Source: Octopus vulgaris
Lineage: Eukaryota
Direction of reading: 5' to 3'
Assembly: GCA_951406725.2 (NCBI GenBank)
Contig: OX597818.1
Span: forward strand, 55,862,001 to 55,926,000
DNA length: 64,000 bases
Shown here: one piece after another, positions 50,786 through 63,489 of the stretch
How the letters are laid out: the number at the start of each line of letters is the position of its first letter
Numbering within the stretch: position 1 is the first letter of the stretch
Notes under the pieces: model-generated
The model's database searches: none
The model's input: the letters and a program-made list of their open reading frames with translations, nothing else
Told to the model about the DNA's origin: nothing
Program-made: the position numbers and the translations under genes

Positions 50786-50918
50786 AATAAAGTAAATGAA
50801 TTTTTATTGCTTGTGCAAGGGACTCTGGAAAGTTTTCTTACCGCATACAAAGAAGATTGGCCTCAGGAGAAAACCGATGAAGAACATTTCATCTTAGCTA
50901 TGTGTGGTATTATAACTA
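50786..50918 (+). CDS. HSF2BP: Internal coding exon of heat shock factor 2-binding protein (HSF2BP/MEILB2) homolog, armadillo region
   Basis: Acceptor ttttatatttcag, donor A|gtaagt, 133 nt, phase 0 to 1. Encodes NKVNEFLLLVQGTLESFLTAYKEDWPQEKTDEEHFILAMCGIIT. This aligns gap-free with recalled human HSF2BP DKALKFFSITGQTMESFVKSLDGDVQELDSDESQFVFALAGIVT(N), about 14/44 identical (T-x-ESF, DE-x-x-F-x-x-A-x-x-GI-x-T). Flanking exons were not found in the window. Confidence 0.8.
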
Positions 50919-50999
50919 GTAAGTATGAAAAATATGTCTTATTTGTACATTCTTTTACTTGTTTCAGTCACTGGACTGTGGCCATGCTGGGGTATTGCT

Positions 51000-51330
51000 T
51001 TGATCACATGAAAATCAGAATGTTACGAGCAGTGCTTAATATCTCTTGGAGGGAGAACCTAACAAAACAATGGTTATTTGGGATTGTACCAACTTTCTCA
51101 TCAACCATCCAAGAGCGGCCACTACTGAAGAAGTAAAGAAGAACTTATGAGTAATGTGTTACTCATAATCATGGTACCACAATGGTTGGAAGACCACGGA
51201 AGACCTATATACAACAGCTTGTAGAAGATGTTGGATACCAAGTTGAAGACCTAAAAACACTAGTGAAAGATCCGGAGGGACGGAGAGAGATAGTCAGGTT
51301 GGCCCAGGAAATCAACCTGACTGGATGAGG
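51000..51330 (+). mobile_element. RTE-type LINE 3' fragment
   Basis: RMLRAVLNISWRENLTKQWLFG...STIQER...GRPRKTYIQQLVEDVG..VEDLKTLVKD is a typical RTE ORF C-terminus. Confidence 0.8.
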
Positions 51331-51407
51331 CCTTGATAAAAAGCAAAAAAAACATGAAAATCTGTGAATACAGACAATTCAGCAGTTTTCTGATTTTTTT
51401 CTATTGC

Positions 51408-51695
51408 CATCATCATCATTATCATCATCATCATCATCATCATCATCGTTTAACGTCCGTTTTCCATGCTAGCATGGGTTGGACGATTTTGACTGAGGGC
51501 TGGCGAACCAGATGGCTGCACCAGGCTCCAATCTTGATCTGGCAGAGTTTCTACAGCTGGATGCCCTTCCTAACGCCAACCACTCCGAGAGTGTAGTGGG
51601 TGCTTTTTACGTGCCACCGGCATGGGGGCCAGTCAGGCGGTACTGGCAACGACCTCGCTTGAATCTTTTTACACATGCCACCAGCACAGGTGTGG
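51408..51695 (-). mobile_element. S3 retroposon 3' part
   Basis: Long (CAT)n tail and S3 body. Confidence 0.85.
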
Positions 51696-51718
51696 TTTAA
51701 TTTGCTGGAAATACTGGC

Positions 51719-51947
51719 TTAACCCTTTAGCATTTAAACAAGCCATATCCGACCCAGATAATCTACCCATTATATGTTCAAACCAGCCATATCTGGCCTA
51801 TCACAGCTATCCTACAATGTCATTCTAGGAATAAACTTTTACATCATCGACATCTCAAAGCTATGAGATAAAACATGTTTAATTCAAAACAACGTGATAT
51901 AAATAAGCATTACATTTGACAGAGTATTCTGAATGCTCAAAGGTTAA
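51719..51947. mobile_element. TTAA MITE family B (reverse)
   Basis: TTAA CCCTTTAGCATT ... AATGCTCAAAGG TTAA. Confidence 0.8.
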
Positions 51948-52159
51948 AGTTTGCAGATGACTTACCTTATCAGGTAGATTGTTGTTGTTGTTTAACCCCA
52001 GGTCATCTCTGTTGGAGCATATCTGTTATCGAAGCTGTGGCCATCTTTTATTACTTTTGACATAATATATCTAATACTATATTATCCAATAAGCAGCTTC
52101 CTTTTTAAAGATTGGTGAAATCTGAAAGTTGGATTTTAATAGGTCAAGTGACCTATTTA

Positions 52160-52570
52160 GGTGTAGGAGTGGCTGTGTGGTAAGTAGCTTGCTTACGAAC
52201 CAGATGGTTCCAGGTTCAGTCCCACTGCATGGCACCTTGGGCAAGTGTCTTCTACTATAGCCTCAGGCCGACCAAAACCTTGTGAGTGGATTTGGTAGAC
52301 GGAAACTGAAAGAAGCCTGTTGTATATATGTATATATATATGTGTGTGTGTGTATATGTTTGTGTATCTGTGTTTGTCCCCCCAACATTGCTTGACAACC
52401 GATGCTGGTGTGTTTATGTCCCCGTAACTTAGCGGTTCAGCAAAAGAGATCGATAGAATAAGTACTAGGCTTTAAAAGAATAAGTCCTGGGGTCGATTTG
52501 CTCGACTAAAAAAGGTGGTGCTCCAGCATAGCCACAGTCAATTGACTGAAAGAAGTAAAAGAATAAAGAA
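52160..52570 (+). mobile_element. SINE S1, full length
   Basis: Complete head, internal TA/TG tract and tail. Confidence 0.9.
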
Positions 52571-52898
52571 TGACCATACAGAGACTCCTGTCAGGCCTAC
52601 ATTGGTTTAATGTTGTAAATACTCTGAACCACAAAAGAAATGTGATTTTTTCAAAAGTCATTTCTATATAGTAAATTCGGAAAATTTATTTCAGGCATGT
52701 AAGTATAAATATTCCAAAACATGATGGTTTATGGCTAAGAGACAAATTGCAGGTAACCTTTCAACTTTCCCTGAAATGTGATGTCAAATTGCAGCTGCAT
52801 GGAATGCTGTGGGTGGCAGTCTCAAACAATTGTCATGAAAACTGAAATGCATGTGCATCTCGTGGAGATTATGGGTCTAAAAATCGGACACATCAGGT

Positions 52899-53150
52899 AT
52901 GACCTGATTGTCAGTTGTGCAGAGAGAACAAGCTATCAGCCAATTGCAAGCAGGGCAGTGTACCCTGGTTGTTGCGAAAGCTTACAATGTCCATGTCAGC
53001 ACCATCTAATGCCTGCAACAGCAATACAACAACACCAACAGCACTGCAGACCATGCCCACCTCAGTAGCATTACTTTGCATCACTTGCAAACTTATACGT
53101 TCTATAATCATCGAAGTGCAACAACCTCCACAATAACCAGCCTTCAATAT
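52899..53150 (+). pseudogene. Tc1-like transposase N-terminal HTH relic
   Basis: MT*LSVVQREQAISQLQAGQCTLVVAKAYNVHVSTI*CLQQQYNNTNSTAD matches the Tc1 pattern MPRLS..QR..AIG.L.AG....VA..F.VH.STI.RL. Confidence 0.8.
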
Positions 53151-53315
53151 GATTTTCCATTCCTAGGTTAATTGGAAATGTAGGTTGCTGTGGGACTCAT
53201 AAACCTTCTCGGTAGTTCAATTATTTGGTGAGAAAAATACCACCAAAGCAACTTAAACCATCCAAAGGATGGGTGTGTTTGCTAGTATACTAATATACCT
53301 ATATATATATACACA

Positions 53316-53475
53316 ATGGACTTCTTTCAGTTTCCGTCTACTAGATCCACTCACAAGGCCTTGGTCGGCCCAAGGCTATAATGGAAGACACTTGCCCAAG
53401 GTGCCATGCAGTGGGATTGAACGCAGAACCACATGGTTGAGAAGCAAGCTTCTTACCACACAGCCACTCCTGCAC
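53316..53475 (-). mobile_element. SINE S1 5' half
   Basis: S1 head on the minus strand. Confidence 0.8.
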
Positions 53476-56400
53476 CTGAGATTTATCTTTTACTTGTTTC
53501 AGTGATTGAACTGCAGCCAAATATATATATATATATATATATATCTACACATACAGACACACGCACACATATTTGTGTCTACCCTTGTCTTGACATTATG
53601 ATGGTTACAAATGTGCACAACCATCATCTTGCTTGGGAACAGGTAAGGGTTGGTGACAGAAAGGGTCTCTGGCCATAGAAAATCCTCAACAGGTTCCATC
53701 TGTTCCATTAAGGCATGGAATAGTGGATGTTAAATGATGATGATGATGATGGTGATGGAAAAGGACTTATTGACTTAATGTAGTGGAGATAAATTACATG
53801 TGGAAACGGGAGACAATATGGCCACAAATAACTTCAATGAATCCATCAAAAAGCTCATATACAAGAGAACTGGAAAAGAGAAGCAAAGTAAGGTGAGGTC
53901 GAAGTCACTGGCAAAACTACAAATACATATTTGTCTTGATGTTGTATCACAGACATAATTCATGATGATCTCAGTAAGTGAACTGACGGTACATGTATAT
54001 GTCTGCTTTATTCATAATGGTGGATTAAGAGAAGGAGCGAAACAATATTTCATGCAGTTATATTTATGACAGAAGGATATTTTACTTAACGGTGTAATGT
54101 AATTTCAATGAAAGATTACTATTGTAGTTTGTTTGTGGAAAGCTTTGTATGGTTTATATATTTCATCTTCTGTATTTTGTTTCCCCAACTGACTGTCGGC
54201 TACAGGCAAGGCTGTTAACTTCATTAAAGCCAAGCCTTTCAAACGCATCTTTTTCTTTTTTTTTCTTTTTCTTAACACATTATCAGGAAAATCAAGAACA
54301 ATGCCTGTCAAAAGCTATTTGCATCTTGTTAAACTATTAAGCAACTCCTTGCTAAAAAGTACAGTTTTCTTCTACATGGCATATTTGAAAAATTAACGTG
54401 AATACAATTTTAAGTGTGAGATTCTGGATCGTTTACAAGTAAACAAGCAATAAGTTCATTTGTAAGAAAGCCTGACATATATCAGGAGTAATATTAGTTG
54501 CAAATAATTGACAGAATTTACCCATTTAGATAAGATCTAGTGTAATCTTTCAGATAGCGACTTTCTCATTCATATAAATCACCCCTTTTCTCTGACGAGA
54601 TGGGGGAAGAGATTTTCAAATCTACCCAACACAGCCATTTAAACATACAAGGTTATTATTGTTCATATTTTTTTTTCTTACTAATAACATCATCAACAGA
54701 GACAACAGTATGCACAGTTATAATTATTCAGATAGCATAGCTGCTGTTTGATTGACAAATCGATTTGTACTTATTGATGTGTTTGTGAAAACATGATCCA
54801 TGAAAAGGGATGTATATCGTACCCTCTACAAATGACTTTTTCCACCTATAAAAATAAATAAACTTGTTTTGATGACATTTCAAAAAGTTTATGTTGTCAA
54901 ATGCACATGTTGTCTTATCAGTTACTTTTTATTTAAAACTTTCAGTGTTGAGCTAATGAAAGAGCCTTTACATGGTTATCTAGCCTGCTAACAGTAACAG
55001 CTAAATATTCCTCAAAACCACATCACTTTGCTTTTAAAAATGTATATTAGTTAATGAGGTTTGGGTGCAGTAATCTTGAAAAGCAAAATGAAATTGCTTT
55101 AATGCCTTTGATAATGGGTCTACTCAATAAGGGCTGAGCTCATACTAAACAGCAACAAAACCTTTCTCTTTTGTGTGTATATACTTCAATCTGAAATTGT
55201 TGAGCCTAAGGGATAAGAGTCCCATAACATCATGAAACTAGAGAACTTATGATCATATTGAACTGTCTCAATATCAGAGAATTATGAAGTATGTTTATCC
55301 TTGATAGTACTGAAGTTATTAGGTACAATGTATTCAACACAAAATCTATATACTACCCAAACTCTGATTGCATGCTTGCTTGTGTACTTGTTGTTATTAA
55401 AAGTTTCACTTTCATCTTCATTTGAAAGCAGAGATTTCAAGTTACTTCTTCTGTCCAGTGTTATCTTGGTCTACAACATATAGGATAATTCTATTTAGGT
55501 GAATTAAATCTGAGAATATTACCTCAGAGAAATAGAGCAGCTCGCTAGCAGAATCATTAGTATGTCAGACAAAATGTTTGGCAGCATTTCTCCTGGTTTT
55601 ATACTCTGAGTTTAAATTCTTTTGAGGTCAATAAAATACATACCAGTCAACTACTGGGGGTCGTAATCAATTAGCCCCATCTTCTAAAATTCCAAGCATT
55701 TCGCCTATAATAGAATTATCTCATATGAATTAAATCAGAGAATATTATCTCAAAATGTAATCATTTTTGGAAAATGATTATTAAATATTATTTAAACAAA
55801 TGTAAGATATCATATCAACTTGGAATATATTTATCTAATTTATCCCCAACTGGGCAGATCTGTGATTAATGGCATTCCAGCCATGGCCATCCTATTCTTT
55901 TCTAAGATATTGCATATATTATAGAACTATATCCAATGTGATTCTCCTTTTTTGAAACATTAGGGTATCATTTGTGAGAGATTTGACTGTTGTTTCTTAC
56001 ACAGTTGAAGTGATAAGGAAAAGCCTCACTCTTTTGCTTGTACCAGTTCTTGTAAACTGTAGTCATGCTGGAGCATTTCCTTGATGAGTTTCAATTGAAT
56101 AAACTGACTCCAGTACTCTTTTAAGTCCTCTACTTATTGTTGGTCTTTAGCTAAACTGCTAAGTTACCAGGGACAAACCAGCACCAGTTGTCACATGGTG
56201 TGTGTGTGTGTGTGCTGTAGTCTTTTGCAAAACATTTATATCAGTTAACTAAATCAATCCCAGTATTTGATTGGTACTTTATTTTATTGGCCCCAGAGGC
56301 ATGAAAAACAAATTTTACTTAGGCAGTATTTGAACTCAGAATGAAGATCTAATGAACCGCACTGCAATAATGACAAGAAGTTGAACATTTCATTTGGCAG

Positions 56401-58765
56401 TAGAGGTTATAATGTTTGCTTGTCCATACTAAAACAGGTTAGCAGGTAACAAATCATAACACATGCATCTACTTCGATATTATTGTAGATAATGCTCTGA
56501 ATTGTTTTGTTTTGTTTTTCTTAGTTTTGGTATGTGTGTGTGTGTGTGTTTTTATCTTCCACTATTCCATTCTACCTTCTAAGATGCCTATATTTTGATT
56601 TGAAACTTCGGGTATCATCTCAAACTTCCTAATTTTGCTTTTAAAATTATAAGACCTAGAAGCATTTCCTTAACTCCTTGTAATTCCCAATCTATAATGA
56701 ATTGATTTTTGACAAAATTTCTCCAATTTTGTTGGTAATCTTGTTCCTGCAATTTTGAGCAGGAACTGTGAACATTTACAGTTCTTGCCAATTGTAAGAT
56801 TTTTTCTTTGAACTTTATAAAAGCTAATAATTATATTAATCATTCTAGGTGTTATGTTTACTCTCAATCAATTTTAAAACCTTTGAAAAAGAAAATAGAA
56901 TATGAAATTATTTTTGCTTAAGGTATCATCTCATAGGATAAGGTAATGGTTATAAATGGCTTTGGAATATATTTTTGGAAGGTAAGAAGCTCTTAATTAG
57001 ACTAGAAATAAGACAAAGGGGATAAAGGTGGGAATGTCTCAACTGGATAAGGTAGGAAATGTATTTATAGAACTATTGGAATAGGTGGAAAAAGCAGGAA
57101 TATAAATTAAGGAAAGAACGAATCGGTGAAAGCGATTAATGAAAACAACAATTGTTATTTCTAGAATAACAAAGGATTCTTTGGAACTAGCAGGAATAAT
57201 ATTTTTGTTTTGTTTAGTGTTGTTTACACAAAAGCTTCCTCTGAATAGCTGCAATAAATAAATGTTTTAGACGTTTGTGAATATCCTTTTAGATGATGTA
57301 TTAGGTACATTCAGCCATAGATGTTCCCGAGGAAGATTAACTCTTATTCCATAAAAGTTCAGGGACAAAATTTTGGTAATTTTATTGGTTATTTCCAATA
57401 CATATCTTTTGTTAGGGAATGAGGAAATAGAAAAAATATTGGCAGACCTCTTCATTTCTCATTGGTAAATATATCTATTGTACAGTTCCTCATCTAGCTA
57501 CTTGCTGTTGTTGCTTGTTCCTCGTTTTCTTCTATTCTTTTGAGTGTCTCTCTTAATTTTTATGGCTCTATCTATTGTACTATTCTACCATCATGTCATC
57601 TTCCCACTGGCTGGAACCTTGCTCCATTCACAGAGCTGGCTGAATGTCTCACAGATGCTCCCAGTTGTCTGCTATAAGTGAACTGTAATCTTAAGCATTG
57701 TCAACAGCAATGTGCTTGAGAGCATTGCTCTTCAACCTTTCAATCTTCAAGAACTTCTGGCACTTTCTAATAAATATTTTTTACTCATTCATTTAAAATA
57801 TCTCTTTCTAGAATCTAAATTAATTCATAAATCATAAAAATGAAACCAAAAGCTAAACTTTTGAAACAGTTAATATTTTACCGTTTAAATCAGTTAAGAA
57901 ACAGATAAGTAACTCATTTAGTGCATATTACTATAATAGCTGCTAGATAATTATTATTATCATGTTCTGATGGATTGTACTTACACCATGCACTTTCTCA
58001 TTTATTTTCCTTTGTCAGAAAACATGCACCTGCTTCTAACTTTAATCTTCAGCTTAGACTTAATTGGCATTTTTTAAAAAGCTTTTTGATAGTAACTGTT
58101 CTGTATTCTTCTGTATACCAAACTTTGAAATTGGATACCTACATACGTAAAAATACTATGGACTAACACATCTAGGAACTCTAAGTTATTACACAACACT
58201 TATATTACTTTCTTTGCTCATATAAGAATTCAGAGTGTCCTACGTAGGAGTAGAGGTAAACAGACAGTAAAAAAATGTTGGCTGTTAAAAGTTTGTGAAC
58301 GCATTTTGTTTGTTTCAATATCAATTCTTATAGACTAATTAAAGAGATGTGTAAAGGACAGCATATTAGCAGAATTGTTAGAACATTGACTAGAATGTAT
58401 TTTGCTATGTGTTCTGACTCCTGTGCTCTGAGTTCAAACCCTACCAATGGTTAACTTTTATCTCAGTTGGTTGACACTTCTTGATGCAGTATTTTACAGC
58501 TGGATGCCCTTTATGATGCTAACTGTTATTTGTTTTCAACAAAGCGAGATAAACTGGTCTTCACTCCTCAAACTGCAGAACATACAATTTATGCAGAACA
58601 TAGACAAATGTCACTTCTGCCCCAGCAGTGTTTATCTGAAGAACACACAAACAAATCTACACTCATTTACATATGTGCCACAAGCTGCTGTGCAGTTTCC
58701 TTCTGCCAAATTTCACTCCTATGGCACTGCTCAACCCAAGTCTATTGTAGAAGCTAATTGCTCAA

Positions 58766-58965
58766 GGCGGCGAGCTGGCAGAAACATTAGCACGCCAAGC
58801 GAAATGCTTAGCGGTATTTTGTCTGCCGTTATGTTCTGAGTTCAAATTCCACCAAGGTCAACTTTGCCTTTCATCCTTTCATGGTCGATGTAATTGACTT
58901 AATCTCTTTGTCTGCCCTTGTTTGTCCCCTCTATGTTTAGCCCCTTGTGGGCAATAAAGAAATAA
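58766..58965 (+). mobile_element. SINE S2 inserted in an S1 relic
   Basis: TSD AGAAGCTAATTGCTCAA at 58749-58765 and 58965-58981. Confidence 0.85.
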
Positions 58966-59074
58966 GAAGCTAATTGCTCAAAGTGCCTTACATTGAGATT
59001 AAATCTGGAATCATATAGTTTCAGAACAAAGTACCTAACCACACAGCCAAGCCTGTTCCTATGACCATACTAAC

Positions 59075-59260
59075 GAACTAGCAGAATCGTTAGCATGCTG
59101 GGCGAAATGCTTAGCGGTATTTCGTCTGCCGCTACACTCTGAGTTCAAATTCTGCTGAGGTCGACTTTGCCTTTCATCCTTTCGGTATAATCAACTTAAA
59201 CCCTTTGTCCTTGTTTGTCCCCTCTATGTTTAGCCCCTTGTGGGCAATAAAGAAATAAAT
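59075..59260 (+). mobile_element. SINE S2
   Basis: S2 head and core with AATAAAGAAATAA tail. Confidence 0.85.
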
Positions 59261-59349
59261 ACATTGTGTTTATGTCATTTCTTCAGTAGAGACATTTCTT
59301 TCTCTGATTGTAGTGAACTCAATACAGTTCTATATTTAAGAGATGAAGA

Positions 59350-59621
59350 ATTATTTACATTTGACAGATATTTGTCTGCATCTTGTTTGTTGCCCACTAT
59401 GCCATATGCCCATGGGCATAGTGGTTAAGAGCATGGGCTACTAACCCCAAGATTCCAAGTTTGATTCCAAGCAGTAACCTGAACAATAACAATACTAATA
59501 ATAATAATAATAATAACATCGATAAATACGTTAGGAATGAGAACCCAGGTTTGAAATTCCCCAAGACACCTGAATAAGGCTGGAGAGTATATCAGCCAAA
59601 ACGTTAACAACAAACAAGATG
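59350..59621 (+). mobile_element. Family TH copy 2 (tRNA head plus degenerate hammerhead) with inverted terminal segment
   Basis: Homologous to 26275-26564. HHR relic GACAC CTGAATA aGGCTG..CAGCC AAAA CGTT at 59565-59605. Segment 59350-59411 is an inverted head-plus-tail fusion. Confidence 0.75.
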
Positions 59622-59689
59622 TAGTGAACTTATGGTAACTTTTTTCAGCCATTTGTGAATGGTCTTACATGTGGCTGCCAATTATCTAA

Positions 59690-60665
59690 CAAATTATCAA
59701 ATATTTGTGAGATTAATTAGACAAGATTTTTTCATAAACCAGGTTCCATCCACTTTAAATGATTGGCACTTCTTTATACAGCTGAAGTCATCTATATGCA
59801 ACACATGACCAAACCATCGTAGTCTTCTTCTCTCTTGCATGCTACATCTTATTCATCTTATGCCTAACTTTTCTTTCAACTCATTTGCATTTTGTTGTAC
59901 ATGCACACTGATGTTGCACTCCATCAGAGTATACTAGCTTCACCCTCTCCAGTCTTCACCTGTCTTCTGCATGTCTCAAATCCATGGAACATAGCCGTTC
60001 ATACACAAAAGCATCATATAATCTGCCTTCCTCTCTGAGACAAGACTTTTGTTGCCGACAGAAAACAGCTCTCTGAACTTTTTTCCATTTTATCTTTATT
60101 CTAGCAACTATACTTTCATAACGCCCTTCTCCACTGCTAATCTGGTCACTTAGGTAACAGAAACTCTTTTACAACTTCTAAAGAGCCTCCTGGGCCTTTG
60201 AGAAAGTCTGGTTCTCACATGTTCTTAGTGTCTATTGTTTCTCCATATCTGCTACATACAAAGACTACTTTCTGTTAACTTACCCATGATTCCACTGCAC
60301 CTCTTACATGTCCATGGCTTGCACTGGGCACATTGATGGGAATTCATACATAGTGAGCAGGGTCATTTACCTGATGGAAAGTAAGTTTTATCCACCCTCT
60401 TGCTAACTACAACTTTGGTCTTCACTATTTTATTTTTAAGGTCCTTTGATTTCAAGATTTGCTTCTACACCTGGGATTTCTTCTCTAATTCTACTACAGA
60501 TTCTGATATAAAATGAAGTCATTAGCATATTGTAGTTCTCATGGGTAACCAGTCTTAAATTTCTCTGTTGTAGCCTAGAGGAATATGATGAATTGCAGAG
60601 GGTTAAGAATCAAGCCCTGATGAACTCCTACTTGTACACTAAATTCATCATTCATCTACTCCTAA
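59690..60665 (-). mobile_element. RTE-clade LINE RT fragment
   Basis: Minus strand DEFSVQVGVHQG..LNPLQFIIFL...TGYP*ELQYAND (YADD equivalent), later FCYLSDQIS and LRWFGHV motifs. Confidence 0.85.
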
Positions 60666-60780
60666 CTTCCCTGGAGCTCGCTTGATAACAGAGCAAGGAA
60701 CTCTGTCAAAGACTTGCTCCAGACTAACAAAAGCCAACTACAATGGTTCACTTTTTGATAGATACTTTGTCTGTCTCTGT

Positions 60781-61008
60781 GTGTGTATATATATATATAT
60801 GTGTTGTGTGTCTGTGTTTGCCCCCGCCACCATCACTTGACAACCGATGCTGGTGTGTTTATGTCCCCATAACTTTGCAGTTCGGCAAAAGAGACCAATA
60901 GGATAAGTACTAGGCTTACAAAGAATAAGTCCTGGGATTGATTTGTTCAACTAAAGGCAGTGCTCCAGCATGACCGCAGTCAAATGACTGAAACAAAAGA
61001 ATAAAAAA
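60781..61008 (+). mobile_element. SINE S1 3' half
   Basis: S1 body from the internal microsatellite to the tail. Confidence 0.85.
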
Positions 61009-61149
61009 AGGAAATATATATATATATAATGATTTTGTTTTGGCATAGTGATTCTAATACTTGTTAGAACTCAATACGCATATGCTTTAGAATAAAGCAT
61101 TAGGTGAGTCCAACACATAATATAAATTATTGAATGACAAGGGAACAGA

Positions 61150-61260
61150 AATTAACCTCATTAGCTTACAGCTGTTTCTGCTGTACAAGATGCACAAAAA
61201 CTTAGCTCTGAGTGCACTGCTTCTTGTGGCAGAAATAGCTGTAAACTAATGAAGTTGATT
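61150..61260. repeat. Imperfect inverted repeat (hairpin of about 110 nt)
   Basis: AATTAACCTCATTAGCTTACAGCTGTTTCTGC..ACAAGA pairs with TCTTGT.GCAGAAATAGCTGTAAACTAATGAAGTTGATT. Confidence 0.85.
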
Positions 61261-62159
61261 ACCCAATTTCCGATTACCCAATTTCCGATCCTTTGTCATT
61301 CAATAATACACACATACATATATTACACACACACACACACACACACGCACACATGTATATATTTGTCTTTGAGATACAACAATTTAAATACCACCATTAT
61401 TCTTTTTGTATCTCATAAAAATGATATTATGTCCCTTAATATCATTATTGTTGTTTAACCTCCAAGCTGATTCTGATTACACAAACCTATTGTTAAAGGC
61501 ACACATGACTGTACTGTCCTTTTTTTTGTCTCGGGAATAATGTACCTCATATTTATTTCTTTATTACCCACAGGGGGCTAAACATAGAGGAAACAAACAA
61601 GGACAGACAAAAGGATTAAGTTGATTACATCGACCCCAGTACATGATACAATTTATTTATTCTTTTAAGATGGTGTGCAGGGCTGGTTTGAGATATATTT
61701 CACTAGTATTTCTTGTAGGCTGAGTAACCATATAGAGGTTTCTTTATTGGCTCGCTATCCTTGATGTCAAGGCCACAGTAAGTTCGATCTCCAAACAGTT
61801 AAATAGTAACTGGGTAATATGCTGTTTTTTTTCATATATGAATGTAGTACTGATTATTTTCCTGGGTGCAGTAGAAAGTTCCAAGAGGGAATTGAAGAAA
61901 AGTGGGGTGATAATGGGGTAGCGATTCATGTATAAACAAAAAACTAATGGGTTCGTTGGGTTAAGTTTTATTTCTGAAATGCAGTTGCTTCGAATTTGTT
62001 ACAGAAAGAGGTCTACGTTTGTGATGGTTAGTTGGGGTGGGTGGTGCTAGGAATGTGGTTTGGGTGTCAAGGGGGTGGCAGCCTGGAAAAGTTTGGGAAC
62101 CCCTGCTATAATTAATAAAAGATGTTCTTTTGAAGTTGATTGTGTGTATAAGGTAAGAA

Positions 62160-62561
62160 TTGTCATACTGGCCAATACCAGTGCCCCCTGACTGGCACGT
62201 AAAAAGCACTATTTGAGCATGGCAAATGCCAGTGCTGCCTGACTGGCACCTGTGCTAGTGGCACGTAAAAGGTACTATTCAAGCATAATTGATGCCAGTG
62301 CTACCTGATTGGCACACATCCATGCCAGTGGCACATAAAAAGCACTACTCAAGCTTGGCCAGTGCCATATGACTGGCTCCCATGCCAGTGGCACATAAAA
62401 AGCACCCATTACATTCTTGGAGTGGTTGGCTGCAGAAACCTTGCCACATCAGATTGGAGCCTGGTGCAGCTTCTCAGCTTGCCAGTCCTCAGTCAAACCA
62501 TCCAACCCATGCCAGCATGGAAAGCAGACATTAAACAATGATGATGATGATGATGATGATG
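62160..62561 (+). mobile_element. S3 retroposon with four internal tandem units
   Basis: Repeated GTGGCAC(G/A)TAAAAAGCAC units and a (GAT)n tail. Confidence 0.85.
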
Positions 62562-62821
62562 GTATTGTAAAGGTAAACTGAGCTATTTTCAAAACTTCAA
62601 CCAAGAATTGCTGGGGGACGTACACTTCAGTGTACCTGTGTTACTTCTGGTTTGTCTTAATTAGTAGATTAAAGTGGAATCTGCCATTTTGCCTTCAGTT
62701 GGACTCTCTTACCTTACTGTTCTTTGTATCTTCATTTATTCTGTTCTTCGAATACTGTGTACACTTAACTACCCTTTTCCCCACTCAGATTTGGTTGAAT
62801 ATTTCAGCATGTACACACACC

Positions 62822-62867
<46 letters not shown>

Positions 62868-63489
62868 TTTCCTTTTTTTTTATTCTTTTCCACCAAATAA
62901 TAGCAGTTTTAAGTTGGAAGATGTATTATCATTCCAATATTTTCCTTTCATCTAATGAACTCTATAAGCTCACTTTCATTGGCATATAAAACACATACTA
63001 TCCATACATAATACAAAAATACTTCACACTAACAGAGCAATGCCACTAATGTGAACTTAACAGCAATTGAGACTGCCCAGGTTCAATTTTAGGTTGCTAA
63101 CTATCAATCTCTTACAAACTGACACATTCCTAAAATGTTCGGGGTTAAACATCACATTGATATACTGCAGGCAAACTTTTTCTAATCTTTCATTAATATA
63201 TGACTCAGCTCCTGTCAGAAAGATCATTTCAGCAATATTTGACAGTCTATGAGAAATAACTCAATCTCAATTAATTTAACTCAATAATGATATATTTTTA
63301 CACCTTGTCATTCTTTGAATATCTATCCTTTTTGGTTGGTTTTTTTTTTTTTTTTCACCTTTTGCATTTTATTTGAATTTTTTTTTATTCTAGCTGTTAG
63401 TTTTTTTCTTATATTATTTTTCTTTTCCTATGCACTTTTTAAGAAAGCTTTCCATTTCTTTTACTGTTTTCATTTGTCTTAACGATCGT

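Noticed and set aside
50720-51136. 138-aa ORF as a whole gene
   Set aside because: Only 50786-50918 is exon-like. The rest reads through intron, a SINE tail and an RTE fragment.
56590-57470. Several short minus-strand ORFs in purine-skewed sequence
   Set aside because: Possibly a LINE ORF1-type relic, but no diagnostic motif was found.
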